Positions 19,398 through 29,160 of a DNA stretch of 64,000 nt are shown piece by piece. The translations under genes were made by a program, and so were the position numbers. The stretch is from Thermoanaerobaculia bacterium. GTDB lineage: Bacteria; Acidobacteriota; Thermoanaerobaculia; Gp7-AA8. The stretch lies in contig DASYGV010000094.1 in assembly GCA_035999335.1 (NCBI GenBank), positions 21,652-85,651 of the forward strand, given 5' to 3'. Numbering within the stretch: the stretch's first letter is position 1; each line of letters begins with the position of its first letter. The notes beneath the pieces were generated by a model. That model worked only from the letters and a program-made list of their open reading frames with translations, made no database searches and was not told the DNA's origin.

Positions 19398-21731
19398 ATG
19401 CGATTCAAGAAGAGCCGCTTTGGGCCGCGCCTCGTCGAGGCCGCGCGCGCCGCGCGGCATTACCGCGACGTCCACGTCTTCATCGGCGGCACCGGCGCCG
19501 TCGGCGGGTCGTCCGCGCTGCAGATGGTCGAGATGCTCGAAGAGATGATGACCATCAACCCGCCTGCCTCTCCGGACGACGTCCCGGTCCTCATCGTCAC
19601 CGGCCGCAGCGACGACGAGGTGCACTCCTTCGAATCGCGGCTCAAGCGCGTCACGCGCACCCGGTGGGGCGCCGGCGCCGCACCGCGGCACTTCGAGCAC
19701 GGATTCCTCAGTCCCGGCGGCGTGTACGTCGCGGTCTCGAAGTTCGAGCTCAAGCCGATCCCAGGGCTGGAGATCGTCACCGACGCCGACATCCATCATC
19801 GCGCCGAGGCCGTCGACGAGTTCCTCCGCGTCGCCGGTCTCGATCGGACCATGAGCCATGACGCCATCGCCGAAGGACTCATGCGCTACGTGCGCGCGTC
19901 GCGTCCGATCACCTCCTTCCTCGAGGACCGTCTCGTGCGCCTGAGCGACTACGGACCGAAGCCGTTCCGCTCCGTCCTCCTCGGATTTCCCCTGCCGAGC
20001 ATCCTCGCGTACCAGACCGGTGGACTCGGAGTGGTCGCCGACACCCTTGGACTCGACGCGCGTTTCACCAGCGACGTGAAGAGCGCGTTCGAATCGACGT
20101 TCGCCGACGACCTCGCGGCCGTGAGCGAGAACTGGGGCGCGCGCGTGCTCGTCGCACACACCACCGGCGTCGGCGGCATGTACGACGAGACTCCTGACGG
20201 CGATACGACGCTGCGCCTCGGCTTCGCGCACGCCGCGCGCGACGAATTTCTCCGGACCAAACACAACGAGGCCGTGAACCTCACGCAGAACTACGCGCAG
20301 CGCGGCGTACTGATGCTCGTCACGGCCGCCGCGATCGGCATCGACGAGGTGCGCATGCGCGAGCGCATTCCGCTGCACGGCGGCATCGTGAAGGCGCTGC
20401 GCGACGCGCCGCACGAGCTCTTCCGCGGCTCGCGCGAGCGCAAGCAGTTCGTGCAGGTCTTCAAGCCGACGACGTTGAAGCTCGACGAAACGCGCGCGAA
20501 ACCTCTGCACTTCAAACGCGGAGAAGAGCTTCGCCCGTCGTGGGTCATCCGCAGCGGCGAGAACGGTTTCTTCAGCGTCGCCAACGCCGACGCGCTCTAT
20601 CGCGTGATGAAGGTGGCCTCGGTGAGCGAGCTCGGACACGTTCTCGCGACCGTCGGCCTCCTCGGCGACGACCCGAACCGGCCGTGGTTCGAGGACGGGA
20701 TCTGCTACTACACCGAGACCGACAACGCGCGGCCGGTGTTCGATTTTCTCTATCAGCCCGTACTGCTCGACGCGCAACTGAGCGGCATCGATCCGATGGC
20801 GCTGCAGGACCTCGGCTCGGCGAAGCATCAGGCCGAGCTGCACACGCTCGGATTGCTGATCCTCCTGCATCGTCTGCGGACGCTCGACGTCGAGGCGATC
20901 GAGGAGTATCCGGACGAGTCGTTCAATGCCAGGAAGTTCTTTCTCGAGAGCTCGCGCGCACTGACGTTCCGCGACGTCGACGGATGGGACGTCGACACGC
21001 TCGCACGCGATCTTCGCACGCTCGTCACCGCGGAGAAGCCCGGCCAGCTCCTGCCGCTCAAGCCGCTCATCGATCCCGGCCAGTTCGGCGCGCGCGACGA
21101 GGCGCATCTCGCGGTGATGAAGGTCGTGCTTGACGCGGTGTTCGCCGTGCCGTCGCTCGGATCGCCGATCGTCGTCGAAGACGATCACGGCACGCCGATC
21201 GTACGCAGCGGCTACTGGCTCGCCCCGCTCGGCGCCATCGTCACGCACGAAAATTCGCTGCAGCAGCTTTTCGAATCGGGCAATGAAGACTTCCAGATGG
21301 CGGTGAACGGGTTCATCGACCTGCGGCCAATCGCCATCGTGTCATCCGCGAAGTTGCCGTCGGAGCTCACGCCCGGCTCGGTCACGACGCATCGCGACGC
21401 CGCGTCGTTCGCCGCGCGGCTGGCGACGCTGGAGCCGTATTCGTTCTTTGCGACGTGCGGACTGATCGCCGTCGTCCACCGCTTGAGAGCTCTCGGCGCG
21501 ATGCTCGGTCAGGCGCGCACGGACCTCGGCACGATGCAGGACTGGATCTGGACGATGCGCCGCGACGCGCGCGGTCACACGTACGTGGTGCCCGGCGTCG
21601 TCGAAGCGTTGCGCATGATCGCGGAAGGGCAGGAGAAAACCACCGGCACGGAATGGCTCGACGGCATCTGGGGCTACGAGCGCCGGCTCCCCGCGCAACG
21701 CGCGGAAGAGATCGTCCGCACACGCACATGA
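19398..21731 (+). CDS. Large uncharacterised protein with an N-terminal Rossmann-type GxGxxG motif
   Basis: 777 aa from the ATG at 19398 (MRFKKSRF). VHVFIGGTGAVGGSSA is a dinucleotide-binding-like loop. The rest is unrecognised. The opposite-strand 754-aa ORF is Arg-rich shadow. Confidence 0.6.
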   Translation: MRFKKSRFGPRLVEAARAARHYRDVHVFIGGTGAVGGSSALQMVEMLEEMMTINPPASPDDVPVLIVTGRSDDEVHSFESRLKRVTRTRWGAGAAPRHFEHGFLSPGGVYVAVSKFELKPIPGLEIVTDADIHHRAEAVDEFLRVAGLDRTMSHDAIAEGLMRYVRASRPITSFLEDRLVRLSDYGPKPFRSVLLGFPLPSILAYQTGGLGVVADTLGLDARFTSDVKSAFESTFADDLAAVSENWGARVLVAHTTGVGGMYDETPDGDTTLRLGFAHAARDEFLRTKHNEAVNLTQNYAQRGVLMLVTAAAIGIDEVRMRERIPLHGGIVKALRDAPHELFRGSRERKQFVQVFKPTTLKLDETRAKPLHFKRGEELRPSWVIRSGENGFFSVANADALYRVMKVASVSELGHVLATVGLLGDDPNRPWFEDGICYYTETDNARPVFDFLYQPVLLDAQLSGIDPMALQDLGSAKHQAELHTLGLLILLHRLRTLDVEAIEEYPDESFNARKFFLESSRALTFRDVDGWDVDTLARDLRTLVTAEKPGQLLPLKPLIDPGQFGARDEAHLAVMKVVLDAVFAVPSLGSPIVVEDDHGTPIVRSGYWLAPLGAIVTHENSLQQLFESGNEDFQMAVNGFIDLRPIAIVSSAKLPSELTPGSVTTHRDAASFAARLATLEPYSFFATCGLIAVVHRLRALGAMLGQARTDLGTMQDWIWTMRRDARGHTYVVPGVVEALRMIAEGQEKTTGTEWLDGIWGYERRLPAQRAEEIVRTRT

Positions 21732-22246
21732 TCTCTTCACGTCGCTTGTCCTGGCTCGGATTCGCCGTAATTCTCTTGCACAACCTCGAGGAAGCCATCA
21801 CTGCGCCGGCGTGGATCGCAATGCATGCATCTGAACTGAAGGCTCGATTCGGCCTCGACCGAATCCCCGCTGCGGATGCCGGAGCTTTCTACACGAGCCT
21901 AACTGTGCTCACTATTGTGATCCTGTTCTGGATCGTCGCGGCCAGCCGCGCGGCGGAGCGGAGTTTCGGTATGTACAGTCTGAACTTTCTGTTCGCCGTG
22001 TTCTTCTGCAATGCGCTCGTCCCGCATGTCGCGGGTGCGGTGCTTCTCGGAAGCTATGTGCCGGGTGTGTGGACGGCGGTGTTGCTCGTCATCCCGTTCA
22101 CGGTCGTGTGGTCGATTCGTGCGTTTCGCGAAGGATGGATCAGTGCAAAAGGATTCATTATGGCAATTGCGGCCGCGGCCATTTTCTACGCTGTAGCTGC
22201 TATTCCGCTGCTCGGCTTGGGCGATGCAGCGCCGATGCGTCCGTGA
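21728..22246 (+). CDS. HXXEE domain membrane protein
   Basis: MISSRRLSWLGFAVILLHNLEEAIT contains the HxxEE motif, followed by 4-5 hydrophobic helices. The ATG at 21728 overlaps the upstream TGA (ATGA). Confidence 0.7.
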   Translation: MISSRRLSWLGFAVILLHNLEEAITAPAWIAMHASELKARFGLDRIPAADAGAFYTSLTVLTIVILFWIVAASRAAERSFGMYSLNFLFAVFFCNALVPHVAGAVLLGSYVPGVWTAVLLVIPFTVVWSIRAFREGWISAKGFIMAIAAAAIFYAVAAIPLLGLGDAAPMRP

Positions 22247-22309
22247 CACGCCATTGGTTGCATTTCGATCGCACGGCAGCGCAAACTGCGGCGTGGGTCG
22301 GAGACCGCG

Positions 22310-23191
22310 GTGATCAAACCCAGAATCATTACGTCATTACTGACCAAGGATCAGGAGTTTCAGGTCCTGCAGGCCGCGGATGCCGAGCGCGCTGTGGCGC
22401 GGGCAGGTTTTGATCTGGAGCTCATTTATGCGCGAAATAACGCCCCGCTGCAGGTGGAGCAACTCTATCGGTTCATTCATGCTCCGGCGGCGACGCGGCC
22501 GGTCGCCATCGTGGTCCAGGCGGTGTCCGGTGACGGACTGGCCCGCGTAGCGCACGACGCGGTCGCGGCCGGGATCGGATGGGTGTTGCTGAACCGGGAT
22601 CCCGACTACATCGACGCACTGAGAGCGACGCACGCGAAGCTGCCCATCTCCGTCGTTACGATCGACCAGCTGGCCGTCGGCCGGATCCAGGGCAAGCAAT
22701 TCCGATCGCTCCTGCCCAAAGGCGGCGACGTTTTGTATGTTCGAGGTCCATCCGACAGTTCCGCCGCCATCCAACGTCTCGATGGCATGCAGGAGACGAT
22801 TGCCGGGGCAAACATCACGGTCCAGACGGTCAGCGCGGAGTGGACCGAGGTCAGTGGCGAAAGGGCCGTGCAGTCGTGGCTGCGCCTTTCGAGCTCTCAG
22901 GCACAAAAGATCGACGTCGTCGGCGCACAAAACGACGCGATGGCCATCGGCGCTCGCAAAGCGATCGTCGCCAGCCGTCCCGAATGGGAGCGCATCCCGT
23001 TTACCGGCTGCGACGGCCTGGTCGAAGGAGGGCAGCGACTGGTCAACGAGCGGATGCTCGCGGCCACGATCGTTCTCCAGCCGGCAACCGGTCCGGCGAT
23101 CGATCTCGTCGCCGCTCACTTGCGTCACGCCAAACCGGCGCCTCGTCGAATCGTTTTGCCGGCGCGTTCCTATCCAACGGACGTCGGATGA
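22310..23191 (+). CDS. Periplasmic-binding-protein/LacI-fold sugar-binding domain protein
   Basis: 293 aa with the alternating beta-alpha pattern of this fold (VAIVVQAVSGD, WVLLNRD, YVRGPSDSSAAIQR, DVVGAQNDAMAIGA). No clear signal peptide or helix-turn-helix. Confidence 0.55.
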   Translation: MIKPRIITSLLTKDQEFQVLQAADAERAVARAGFDLELIYARNNAPLQVEQLYRFIHAPAATRPVAIVVQAVSGDGLARVAHDAVAAGIGWVLLNRDPDYIDALRATHAKLPISVVTIDQLAVGRIQGKQFRSLLPKGGDVLYVRGPSDSSAAIQRLDGMQETIAGANITVQTVSAEWTEVSGERAVQSWLRLSSSQAQKIDVVGAQNDAMAIGARKAIVASRPEWERIPFTGCDGLVEGGQRLVNERMLAATIVLQPATGPAIDLVAAHLRHAKPAPRRIVLPARSYPTDVG

Positions 23192-23919
23192 ACCGACTGC
23201 TCCTCGTTCTCGAGCTGAACGATCAGAACGGCATCACCGCTGCTGCGATTGTCGACGGGAAGTCGGGCGACGACCGATGCGCCGGCCGTCTCGACGGCAC
23301 GAGCGACAAGGCGTTCGTCGTACCTGTGCACCTGCGCAAATCGGCGTCGTCCGCGGCTCAGGCTCGCCAAGCGATGAAGGTTCCCTGATCCGTGAAGCCT
23401 CAGTTGCAACGCCATGACGCCATCGCCTCTCAATAGCTTCGTGAGCGATCGGATGAGCGCGTACCCGATGGAAGGCGGAATGTATTGAAAGACGAGAAGC
23501 GAACAGACGAAGTCGAAGGATGGGCCGGCCGATGCGGTGACATCGTCACACGACTGGAACGTGATGTTGTGTAGGCCTGCTCGTTCGGCGTTTTGTCGCG
23601 CGTGGGAAAGCATGGTCGGCGCGACGTCACAAGCCAACACGTGCCCGGCCCGCCTCGCCAAAGGCAACGTCAGACGTCCCGCTCCGCAGCCGAAGTCGAC
23701 GACGGAATCCAACCGCACGTCGCGCGAGAAGAGCGTAGCGATCGCAGCAAGCAGCGCCGCGATGTCGTCTTCCCCTGTCTTGAAGAATGCATCGTTGGCG
23801 ACAGCGTTGCTTTCGACTCCGGCCTCGCCGTGGTCCGCGAGAAGCGCGAAATACGGTTCGTGGCGTGCGACTTCCTCCCATTTCGCCGCGTAGTCGTCGT
23901 CCGGCTTCTTCATCCGCAT
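23170..23919 (-). CDS. Class I SAM-dependent methyltransferase
   Basis: Motif I is VVDFGCGAGRLTLPLA, followed by VLACDVAPTML. 249 aa. Confidence 0.8.
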   Translation of the reverse strand: MRMKKPDDDYAAKWEEVARHEPYFALLADHGEAGVESNAVANDAFFKTGEDDIAALLAAIATLFSRDVRLDSVVDFGCGAGRLTLPLARRAGHVLACDVAPTMLSHARQNAERAGLHNITFQSCDDVTASAGPSFDFVCSLLVFQYIPPSIGYALIRSLTKLLRGDGVMALQLRLHGSGNLHRLASLSRGRRRFAQVHRYDERLVARAVETAGASVVARLPVDNRSSGDAVLIVQLENEEQSVHPTSVG

Positions 23920-23930
23920 TCAGGATACGC

Positions 23931-24818
23931 GTGGTAAAAACTCCGTGCGTGTCCGATCGCACACGACTCCTCCTCCTCGCGCTGACCGTGCTGCTCGCTC
24001 CGCTCGCCTCGGCACGCATTCGCGTGGTGCGCCATCCGGCGGTGCCGTGCTCGTTTTCGCTCCTCCCCGCGTGGGGCGCGACGCCCGTGCCGGCGGCGGG
24101 GCTCACGCGTGGGATCGTGTTCGTCTACGGCCAGACCGCGGAGTGCGCGCAGTGGAACGGCTACTCATCGGTCGACTGGGTGACGGTCGAAGCGGCGCCG
24201 CTGGACGCGCAGCCGGCCGCGTACGTCACGGTCGAGCCGAACCTCGGCACGGAGTCACGAACGACAAAGGTGATCATCGCAGGCATTCGTCTCGTGCTGA
24301 CGCAGGAAGGCGCGCCGGCGATCGTGAACCCGAGTCTCGTCACGAACGGCGCGTTCCACACCGGCATCGCAAACTGGATCTGGTACGACGGACGCTTTCC
24401 GAACGGCCGCGGCACGGCGTCGTGGTCGGGACTCGACGCGAGCGGCAGTCCCGCCTCGGGATCGATCCTGCTGCGCGACGACGGTCCCGGACTCGCGTTT
24501 CAGCGGCTGCAGTGCATCCCGGTGAGCCGCAACACGCTCTACCGCTTCGGCGCGAAGGTGCGCACCGGCGCGGCGAGGGAGCGCGGCGAAGGAACGATCG
24601 CGATGTTCACCTACCCGTCGCCCGACTGCTCGGGCGACTTCACGAACGGCACGAACGGCCTCGTCTCGCCCGCCGAGCCGGGCGTGTGGCAGGAGTTCTC
24701 GTTCACGATGCGCACCGGCTCACGCACCGAGGCAGTGATCCTCGTCCTCGCCAGCGGCGCGCTGATGCCGCCGTTCGAGACGTGGTTCGATGACGTGTAC
24801 GTCGTCCTCGGGGAGTAG
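23931..24818 (+). CDS. Secreted protein with a C-terminal carbohydrate-binding-like jelly-roll
   Basis: The signal peptide RTRLLLLALTVLLAPLASA follows the GTG at 23931 (the GTG at 23949 is an alternative). The C-terminal half (VTNGAFHTGIANWIWYDG...ASGSILLRDD...WFDDVYV) resembles CBM4/9-type modules. Confidence 0.5.
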   Translation: MVKTPCVSDRTRLLLLALTVLLAPLASARIRVVRHPAVPCSFSLLPAWGATPVPAAGLTRGIVFVYGQTAECAQWNGYSSVDWVTVEAAPLDAQPAAYVTVEPNLGTESRTTKVIIAGIRLVLTQEGAPAIVNPSLVTNGAFHTGIANWIWYDGRFPNGRGTASWSGLDASGSPASGSILLRDDGPGLAFQRLQCIPVSRNTLYRFGAKVRTGAARERGEGTIAMFTYPSPDCSGDFTNGTNGLVSPAEPGVWQEFSFTMRTGSRTEAVILVLASGALMPPFETWFDDVYVVLGE

Positions 24819-24820
24819 TG

Positions 24821-24984
24821 TGTGGAGTGCGGCAGCATAGCGAAGCGATGCTGCCGCTTTCGATTGCGGCAGCGTCGAGCTGCCGCGGGTGGGGGCCGTC
24901 GCTCGACGCATCGGCAATCAAAAAGCGGCAGCTGACGCCGCGCGAGGGCTTCATTCGACGCGAGAGTGCCGCTGCCGCACTCCA
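24821..24984. repeat. Composite palindromic element with GTGGAGTGCGGCAGC / GCTGCCGCACTCCAC termini
   Basis: 164 bp that exactly fills the gap between convergent stop codons (24816-24818 and 24988-24990). Internal sub-hairpins are built from gctgccgc/gcggcagc. Confidence 0.8.
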
Positions 24985-24987
24985 CAT

Positions 24988-25836
24988 CTATGACGCCGGA
25001 TTCGGCGGTGCGAGTCGCGACAGCTCCGGCGCATGCAGACGCGGCCCCGCGTAGCCGCGGACTTCGCCGAAGCGCGAACCTTCCTCCCACTCCGTGCGCG
25101 CGGCGGCGATCTCCTCGGGGGTGCGCGCGACGAAGTTCCACCACATCAGCACCGTCTCCGGAAATGGGACGCCGCCGAGGAGGAGGAAGCGGGCGCCGCT
25201 TGCGCTCTGCACGTTGATGTCCGTGCGGCCGACGTCGAGGTAATAGAGCGTGTTGACGGCGAGTGGCTGTCCTTCGAGCGTTGCGTCGCCGTCGAGGAGA
25301 AACAGTCCGTGTTCGAACGTCGCGTCGAGCGGCATGTCGAGTTGGGAGTGCGCGTGCACGCGTACGTCGGCGCCGAGGCCGGGCTCGTAGAAGATCTCCG
25401 CGAAGCCGCCGCGATACTCGCGCCGCGGCACCTCCGGCACGTGCGTGAACGACGGAGCGCCGTGACGCTCCTCCTCGCGTTGCGCGATCCACAACTGCAC
25501 GCCATTGAGCCGACCGATGTTCGACGTAGGAGTTTCTTCGGCGTGCGCGATGCCGCTGCCTGAGCTCATGATGTTGACCGCGCCGGGCCGCGCGATCGCT
25601 TCGAATCCGAGGCTGTCGCGATGCAGCACCTCGCCTTCGAGCAGCCATGACACGGTCTGAATGCCGATGTGCGGATGCGGCGCGACGTCCATCGCCCGAT
25701 CGCTGGTGAACGACAACGGTCCGTAGCGGTCGAGAAAACACCACGCGCCGATGAGCCGATGTGCGCGCACCGGCAGCGCGCGCCAGATCTGGAGCGCGCC
25801 GACGTGGGTGGAGCGGGCGGGATAGGTTTCGATCAT
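24988..25836 (-). CDS. Pirin family protein
   Basis: HPHIGIQTVSWLLEGEVLHRDSLG is the pirin cupin motif. Start is taken at the ATG at 25836 (MIETYPARS), which abuts the upstream stop. The track start at 25860 is an alternative. Confidence 0.85.
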   Translation of the reverse strand: MIETYPARSTHVGALQIWRALPVRAHRLIGAWCFLDRYGPLSFTSDRAMDVAPHPHIGIQTVSWLLEGEVLHRDSLGFEAIARPGAVNIMSSGSGIAHAEETPTSNIGRLNGVQLWIAQREEERHGAPSFTHVPEVPRREYRGGFAEIFYEPGLGADVRVHAHSQLDMPLDATFEHGLFLLDGDATLEGQPLAVNTLYYLDVGRTDINVQSASGARFLLLGGVPFPETVLMWWNFVARTPEEIAAARTEWEEGSRFGEVRGYAGPRLHAPELSRLAPPNPAS

Positions 25837-27812
25837 CACTTCAGGTACGTCGAGAACCACTCCACATACCGCTTGTCCACATCGCTCTGATGCGTCGGGT
25901 CGTCAGGGGAGTGGCCGCTGAGCGGATAGGCGATGAACTTCGTCGTGACGCCGTTGTCCTTCAGCGCGCGGTACATCGCGAAGGACTGCGTGATCGGCAC
26001 GCGCGCGTCGCCGGTGTTCGAGAGGACCAGCGTCGGCGTGCGCACCTTCCCCGCGTACGTGATCGGCGATTGCTCGAGATAGAACTTCATGTTCTCGTCG
26101 CGGTAGGGCGAGCCCCACGAGTACGCGCGCTGCACGTTGAAGTCGCCGAGGTTGTATTGATCGAGCATGCTGTTCACGGCGGCGCCGGAGACCGCGGCGT
26201 CGAACGCGGTCGGGTAGTGCGCGATCAGCCAGGACGTCATGTAGCCGCCGTAGGACCAGCCGCCGACGGCCATCCGTTCCGAGTCGATGCTGAAGCGCTT
26301 CTTCACTTCCTCGACGCCGGCCATGACGTCGCGGCCGGGGCCTGCGCCCGCGTCCTTCGTGATGGCGACCGTGACGCGCTCGCCGAGGTTGTCGCTGCCG
26401 CGGTAGTTGGGCTGGAAGACGATCCAGTCCTGCGCGGCGAGGATCTGCGGGAGGAAAGAAAACGTTGTCGTCGACGCCGAGCGCGGTCCGCCGTGGATGT
26501 AGAGCACGAGCGGATATTTCTTCGCCGGGTCGTAGCGTGGCGGCGTGACCACGACCCCATCGAGAGCGAAGCCTTCATTGTCGAACTTGACCCGCTGCGA
26601 GCGTCCGAGCTCGATCTTCTCGAACGCGCCGTTGAAGTCCGTCAGGCGGCGCGGCTTCGCGTTCGCGTTCTCGAGGTAGTACAGCTCGCGCGGGCGGTTC
26701 GGCGTCGAGCCGGTGAAGGCGATCGCGCCGTTGCGGGCGATGTTCGCGTCGATGTTGTAGCCGGAGGTCGGCTCGACGTCGCCGAGGTCGAGCTTGCGCG
26801 GCGTGCCGGTGAGCGGCTGCAGCCAGAGCGAGGTCATGGTCTCGTCGTGCGCGCCCACGAGCAGTGACTTGCCGTCCGGCATCCAGAACGCGCGAAGGAG
26901 ATTGCGGTCGAGGTCCTTCGTCAGCTCCACGCCGCTGCCGCCATTCGAGCTGACCGTCCAGATACGGTTCTCGTTCTGCCGCACGCCGTCGTTCGCGTGC
27001 GTGTAAGCGACGAGCTTTCCGTCCGGGGAGAGGATTTGCTGCGTCTCCTGCAAGCTCGCTTGCGTAAGTCGGCGAATGTTTCCGCTGTCAACATCGATGA
27101 GCGCGATGCGCACCGTGTCGCCCTTGCCCGAGTGCGGGTTGTCCATGCGCGCGAAGGCGATGGACTTGCCGTCCGACGACCAGCTGATCGGCGACGGGAG
27201 CGCGCCGGGTGGACGCGCGATCGGCAGCGACCAGTCGCCCGAGGTCAGGCGCTTCGCTTCGCCGCCCGTCGACGGGACGAGCCACAGGTGGGAGGGGAGC
27301 ACCGTCGCGCTGATCAGAAAATCATCGTCGTCGATCTCGAACGCCTTGTTGTGCTTTTCGGCGTCGCTCTTTTTGGACAATTCGTCCGCGGTAACGTACG
27401 CGATGCGCGCGCCGTTGGGCTCCCACGCGAACTGCTGGACGCCGTTCGCGGCCTTGGTGATCCTCCGCGGATCGCCGCCGTTCATCGGCGCAACCCAGAC
27501 CTGGCGCTTGCCGTCGTGCATCGCCAGGAACGCGAGGCTCGTCCCGTCGGGCGACCAGCGCGGTTGCGCGACGCCGCGGCGATCGAAGGTGATCGTGCGA
27601 TGGGTCGCGGTTGCAACGTCGACCAGCGCGAGCTCGGTGTCGTAGCGGTTTTCCTCGAGATTCGCCCGGGAAACGACGACGGCGATCCGTTTGCCGTCCG
27701 GCGCGATCTGCGGATCGCTGACGCTGACGATGCGCGCGCGGTCGGCGAACTGGAGGAGCTCCGCGGCCGCAGGGAGGGCGAGCAGCAGAAGGAGGACGGC
27801 GAGGCGTTTCAT
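25836..27812 (-). CDS. S9 family serine peptidase (beta-propeller plus prolyl oligopeptidase-type catalytic domain)
   Basis: Signal peptide is MKRLAVLLLLLALPAAA. Propeller repeats are SPDGKRIA, SPDGTSLAF and WSSDGKSIAF. The nucleophile motif is GGWSYGGYMT. Late Asp and His residues are present (GDARVP, SGHS). Confidence 0.9.
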   Translation of the reverse strand: MKRLAVLLLLLALPAAAELLQFADRARIVSVSDPQIAPDGKRIAVVVSRANLEENRYDTELALVDVATATHRTITFDRRGVAQPRWSPDGTSLAFLAMHDGKRQVWVAPMNGGDPRRITKAANGVQQFAWEPNGARIAYVTADELSKKSDAEKHNKAFEIDDDDFLISATVLPSHLWLVPSTGGEAKRLTSGDWSLPIARPPGALPSPISWSSDGKSIAFARMDNPHSGKGDTVRIALIDVDSGNIRRLTQASLQETQQILSPDGKLVAYTHANDGVRQNENRIWTVSSNGGSGVELTKDLDRNLLRAFWMPDGKSLLVGAHDETMTSLWLQPLTGTPRKLDLGDVEPTSGYNIDANIARNGAIAFTGSTPNRPRELYYLENANAKPRRLTDFNGAFEKIELGRSQRVKFDNEGFALDGVVVTPPRYDPAKKYPLVLYIHGGPRSASTTTFSFLPQILAAQDWIVFQPNYRGSDNLGERVTVAITKDAGAGPGRDVMAGVEEVKKRFSIDSERMAVGGWSYGGYMTSWLIAHYPTAFDAAVSGAAVNSMLDQYNLGDFNVQRAYSWGSPYRDENMKFYLEQSPITYAGKVRTPTLVLSNTGDARVPITQSFAMYRALKDNGVTTKFIAYPLSGHSPDDPTHQSDVDKRYVEWFSTYLK

Positions 27813-27868
27813 GAGAGGGAAGTATATGAAGTGTGTGAGGTGGTTCGCGAAATGCACAAGGAACGGTC

Positions 27869-29119
27869 ATGCGCATCCCGGTGGCGCTGCTTCTGGTCCT
27901 TCTCGCGAGTGCCGCGTACGGCGACGTCTTCCGCATCCTCGACGATCCGCGCGACGCCGCGCAGGCGCGCGTCGACGTCATTCAACAGGCCGAGCGCGAG
28001 ATTCACGCGCTGTATTTTCTGGCCCGCAACGACCGCATCACCTTCGCCGCGCTGGCGCTTCTTCGCGACGCGCGGCGCCGCGGCGTCCCGAGCGTACAAC
28101 TCGTCGTCGACGCGAACTACCACCGCATCCCGAAGGCCGTCCTCGCGCACCTGCGCGACGAGGGCGTCGAAGTGCGCGTCTATCACCCGTTCACGCTGCG
28201 CCATCCGAGCTGGCTGTTCCACCGCATGCACGAGAAGGTCGTCGTCGTCGACGGCGAGCGGTACATCACCGGCGGACGCAATCTCGCCGAGGCGTATTTC
28301 GGGATGGCGAAGAAGAACTACGTCGACCGCGACGTCTACGTCGAAGGCGCGTCCGCCGAGCATGCCGACCGTCACTTCGAGAACGTCTGGTCGAGCGCAC
28401 ACGTCGCCGCATTGAAAGTGAGCGTCTCGAAGGAAGAGAAGCAGTTCGCCGCACGGGTGCTCGACGAAGCGTTGTGCGGCGACTTCGTGACGTTGAACAC
28501 AGGGCGTGACTGGTCCGAGGGGTTGAAAGACGTGGACGCCGTCAACTTCTGGCACGACCCCGTCGACGACGGCACCCGCGTGGCCGTCCGTCTCGGCGAC
28601 GCGATCCGGAACGCGAAGACGTCCATCGTCATCGAGTCGCCGTACCTCATCCCGTCGAAGAACCTCCTCGCGCTGCTCGAGAAGAAGTTGAAGGAGGGTG
28701 TGTACGTGCAGATCGTAACGAACTCGCTGCGGTCGACGGACGGCTTGCTGCCGCAGGCGGCGTATCTCAAGTTCCGGAGACGCCTCGCGCGCGCGGGCAT
28801 CGACGTCCGCGAGTACAAGGGGCCGGACCCGTTGCACGCGAAGAGCGCCGTCATCGACGGCCGCATCGTCCTGGTCGGCTCGTACAACCTTTCCAATCGC
28901 TCCGAGAACCTCAACACCGAGGTGATGTGCATGGCCGAGGACGAGGAGCTCGCGCAGGAGCTCCTCGCGTCGATCGATCTCCACCTGCAGAACGCGTGGA
29001 AGATCCGCGGCAACGGCCAGCCGCCGCGGAGGGAGCGGTATCCGAACGTGTCGCGCGCGAAGGTGCTGCGCGCATGGGCGTGGCGGCTGCTCCTGCCGAT
29101 CGTAGAGAAACAGTTGTGA
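27869..29119 (+). CDS. Phospholipase D family protein (two HKD motifs), secreted
   Basis: The two HKD motifs are HEKVVVVDG and HAKSAVIDGRIVLVGSYNLSNRS. N-terminal signal is MRIPVALLLVLLASAAYG. Confidence 0.85.
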   Translation: MRIPVALLLVLLASAAYGDVFRILDDPRDAAQARVDVIQQAEREIHALYFLARNDRITFAALALLRDARRRGVPSVQLVVDANYHRIPKAVLAHLRDEGVEVRVYHPFTLRHPSWLFHRMHEKVVVVDGERYITGGRNLAEAYFGMAKKNYVDRDVYVEGASAEHADRHFENVWSSAHVAALKVSVSKEEKQFAARVLDEALCGDFVTLNTGRDWSEGLKDVDAVNFWHDPVDDGTRVAVRLGDAIRNAKTSIVIESPYLIPSKNLLALLEKKLKEGVYVQIVTNSLRSTDGLLPQAAYLKFRRRLARAGIDVREYKGPDPLHAKSAVIDGRIVLVGSYNLSNRSENLNTEVMCMAEDEELAQELLASIDLHLQNAWKIRGNGQPPRRERYPNVSRAKVLRAWAWRLLLPIVEKQL

Positions 29120-29160
29120 TCTAGGTGCCGGACGACTGCGCCGTCCGGCACCACGTTCGA

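Noticed and set aside
18984-21248. 754-aa minus-strand ORF opposite the 19398-21731 gene
   Set aside because: It has shadow composition (runs of R, A, E, V) and overlaps two plus-strand genes that have sensible starts and balanced composition. The call is less certain than the others because the plus-strand protein is itself uncharacterised.
27869-29119. The PLD-family protein as a defence nuclease (DISARM DrmC-like or Mokosh-like) linked to the helicase at 35364-37694
   Set aside because: It has a signal peptide, lies 6 kb away and is separated by fadE and other unrelated genes. It is more likely a secreted phospholipase or cardiolipin-synthase-like enzyme.
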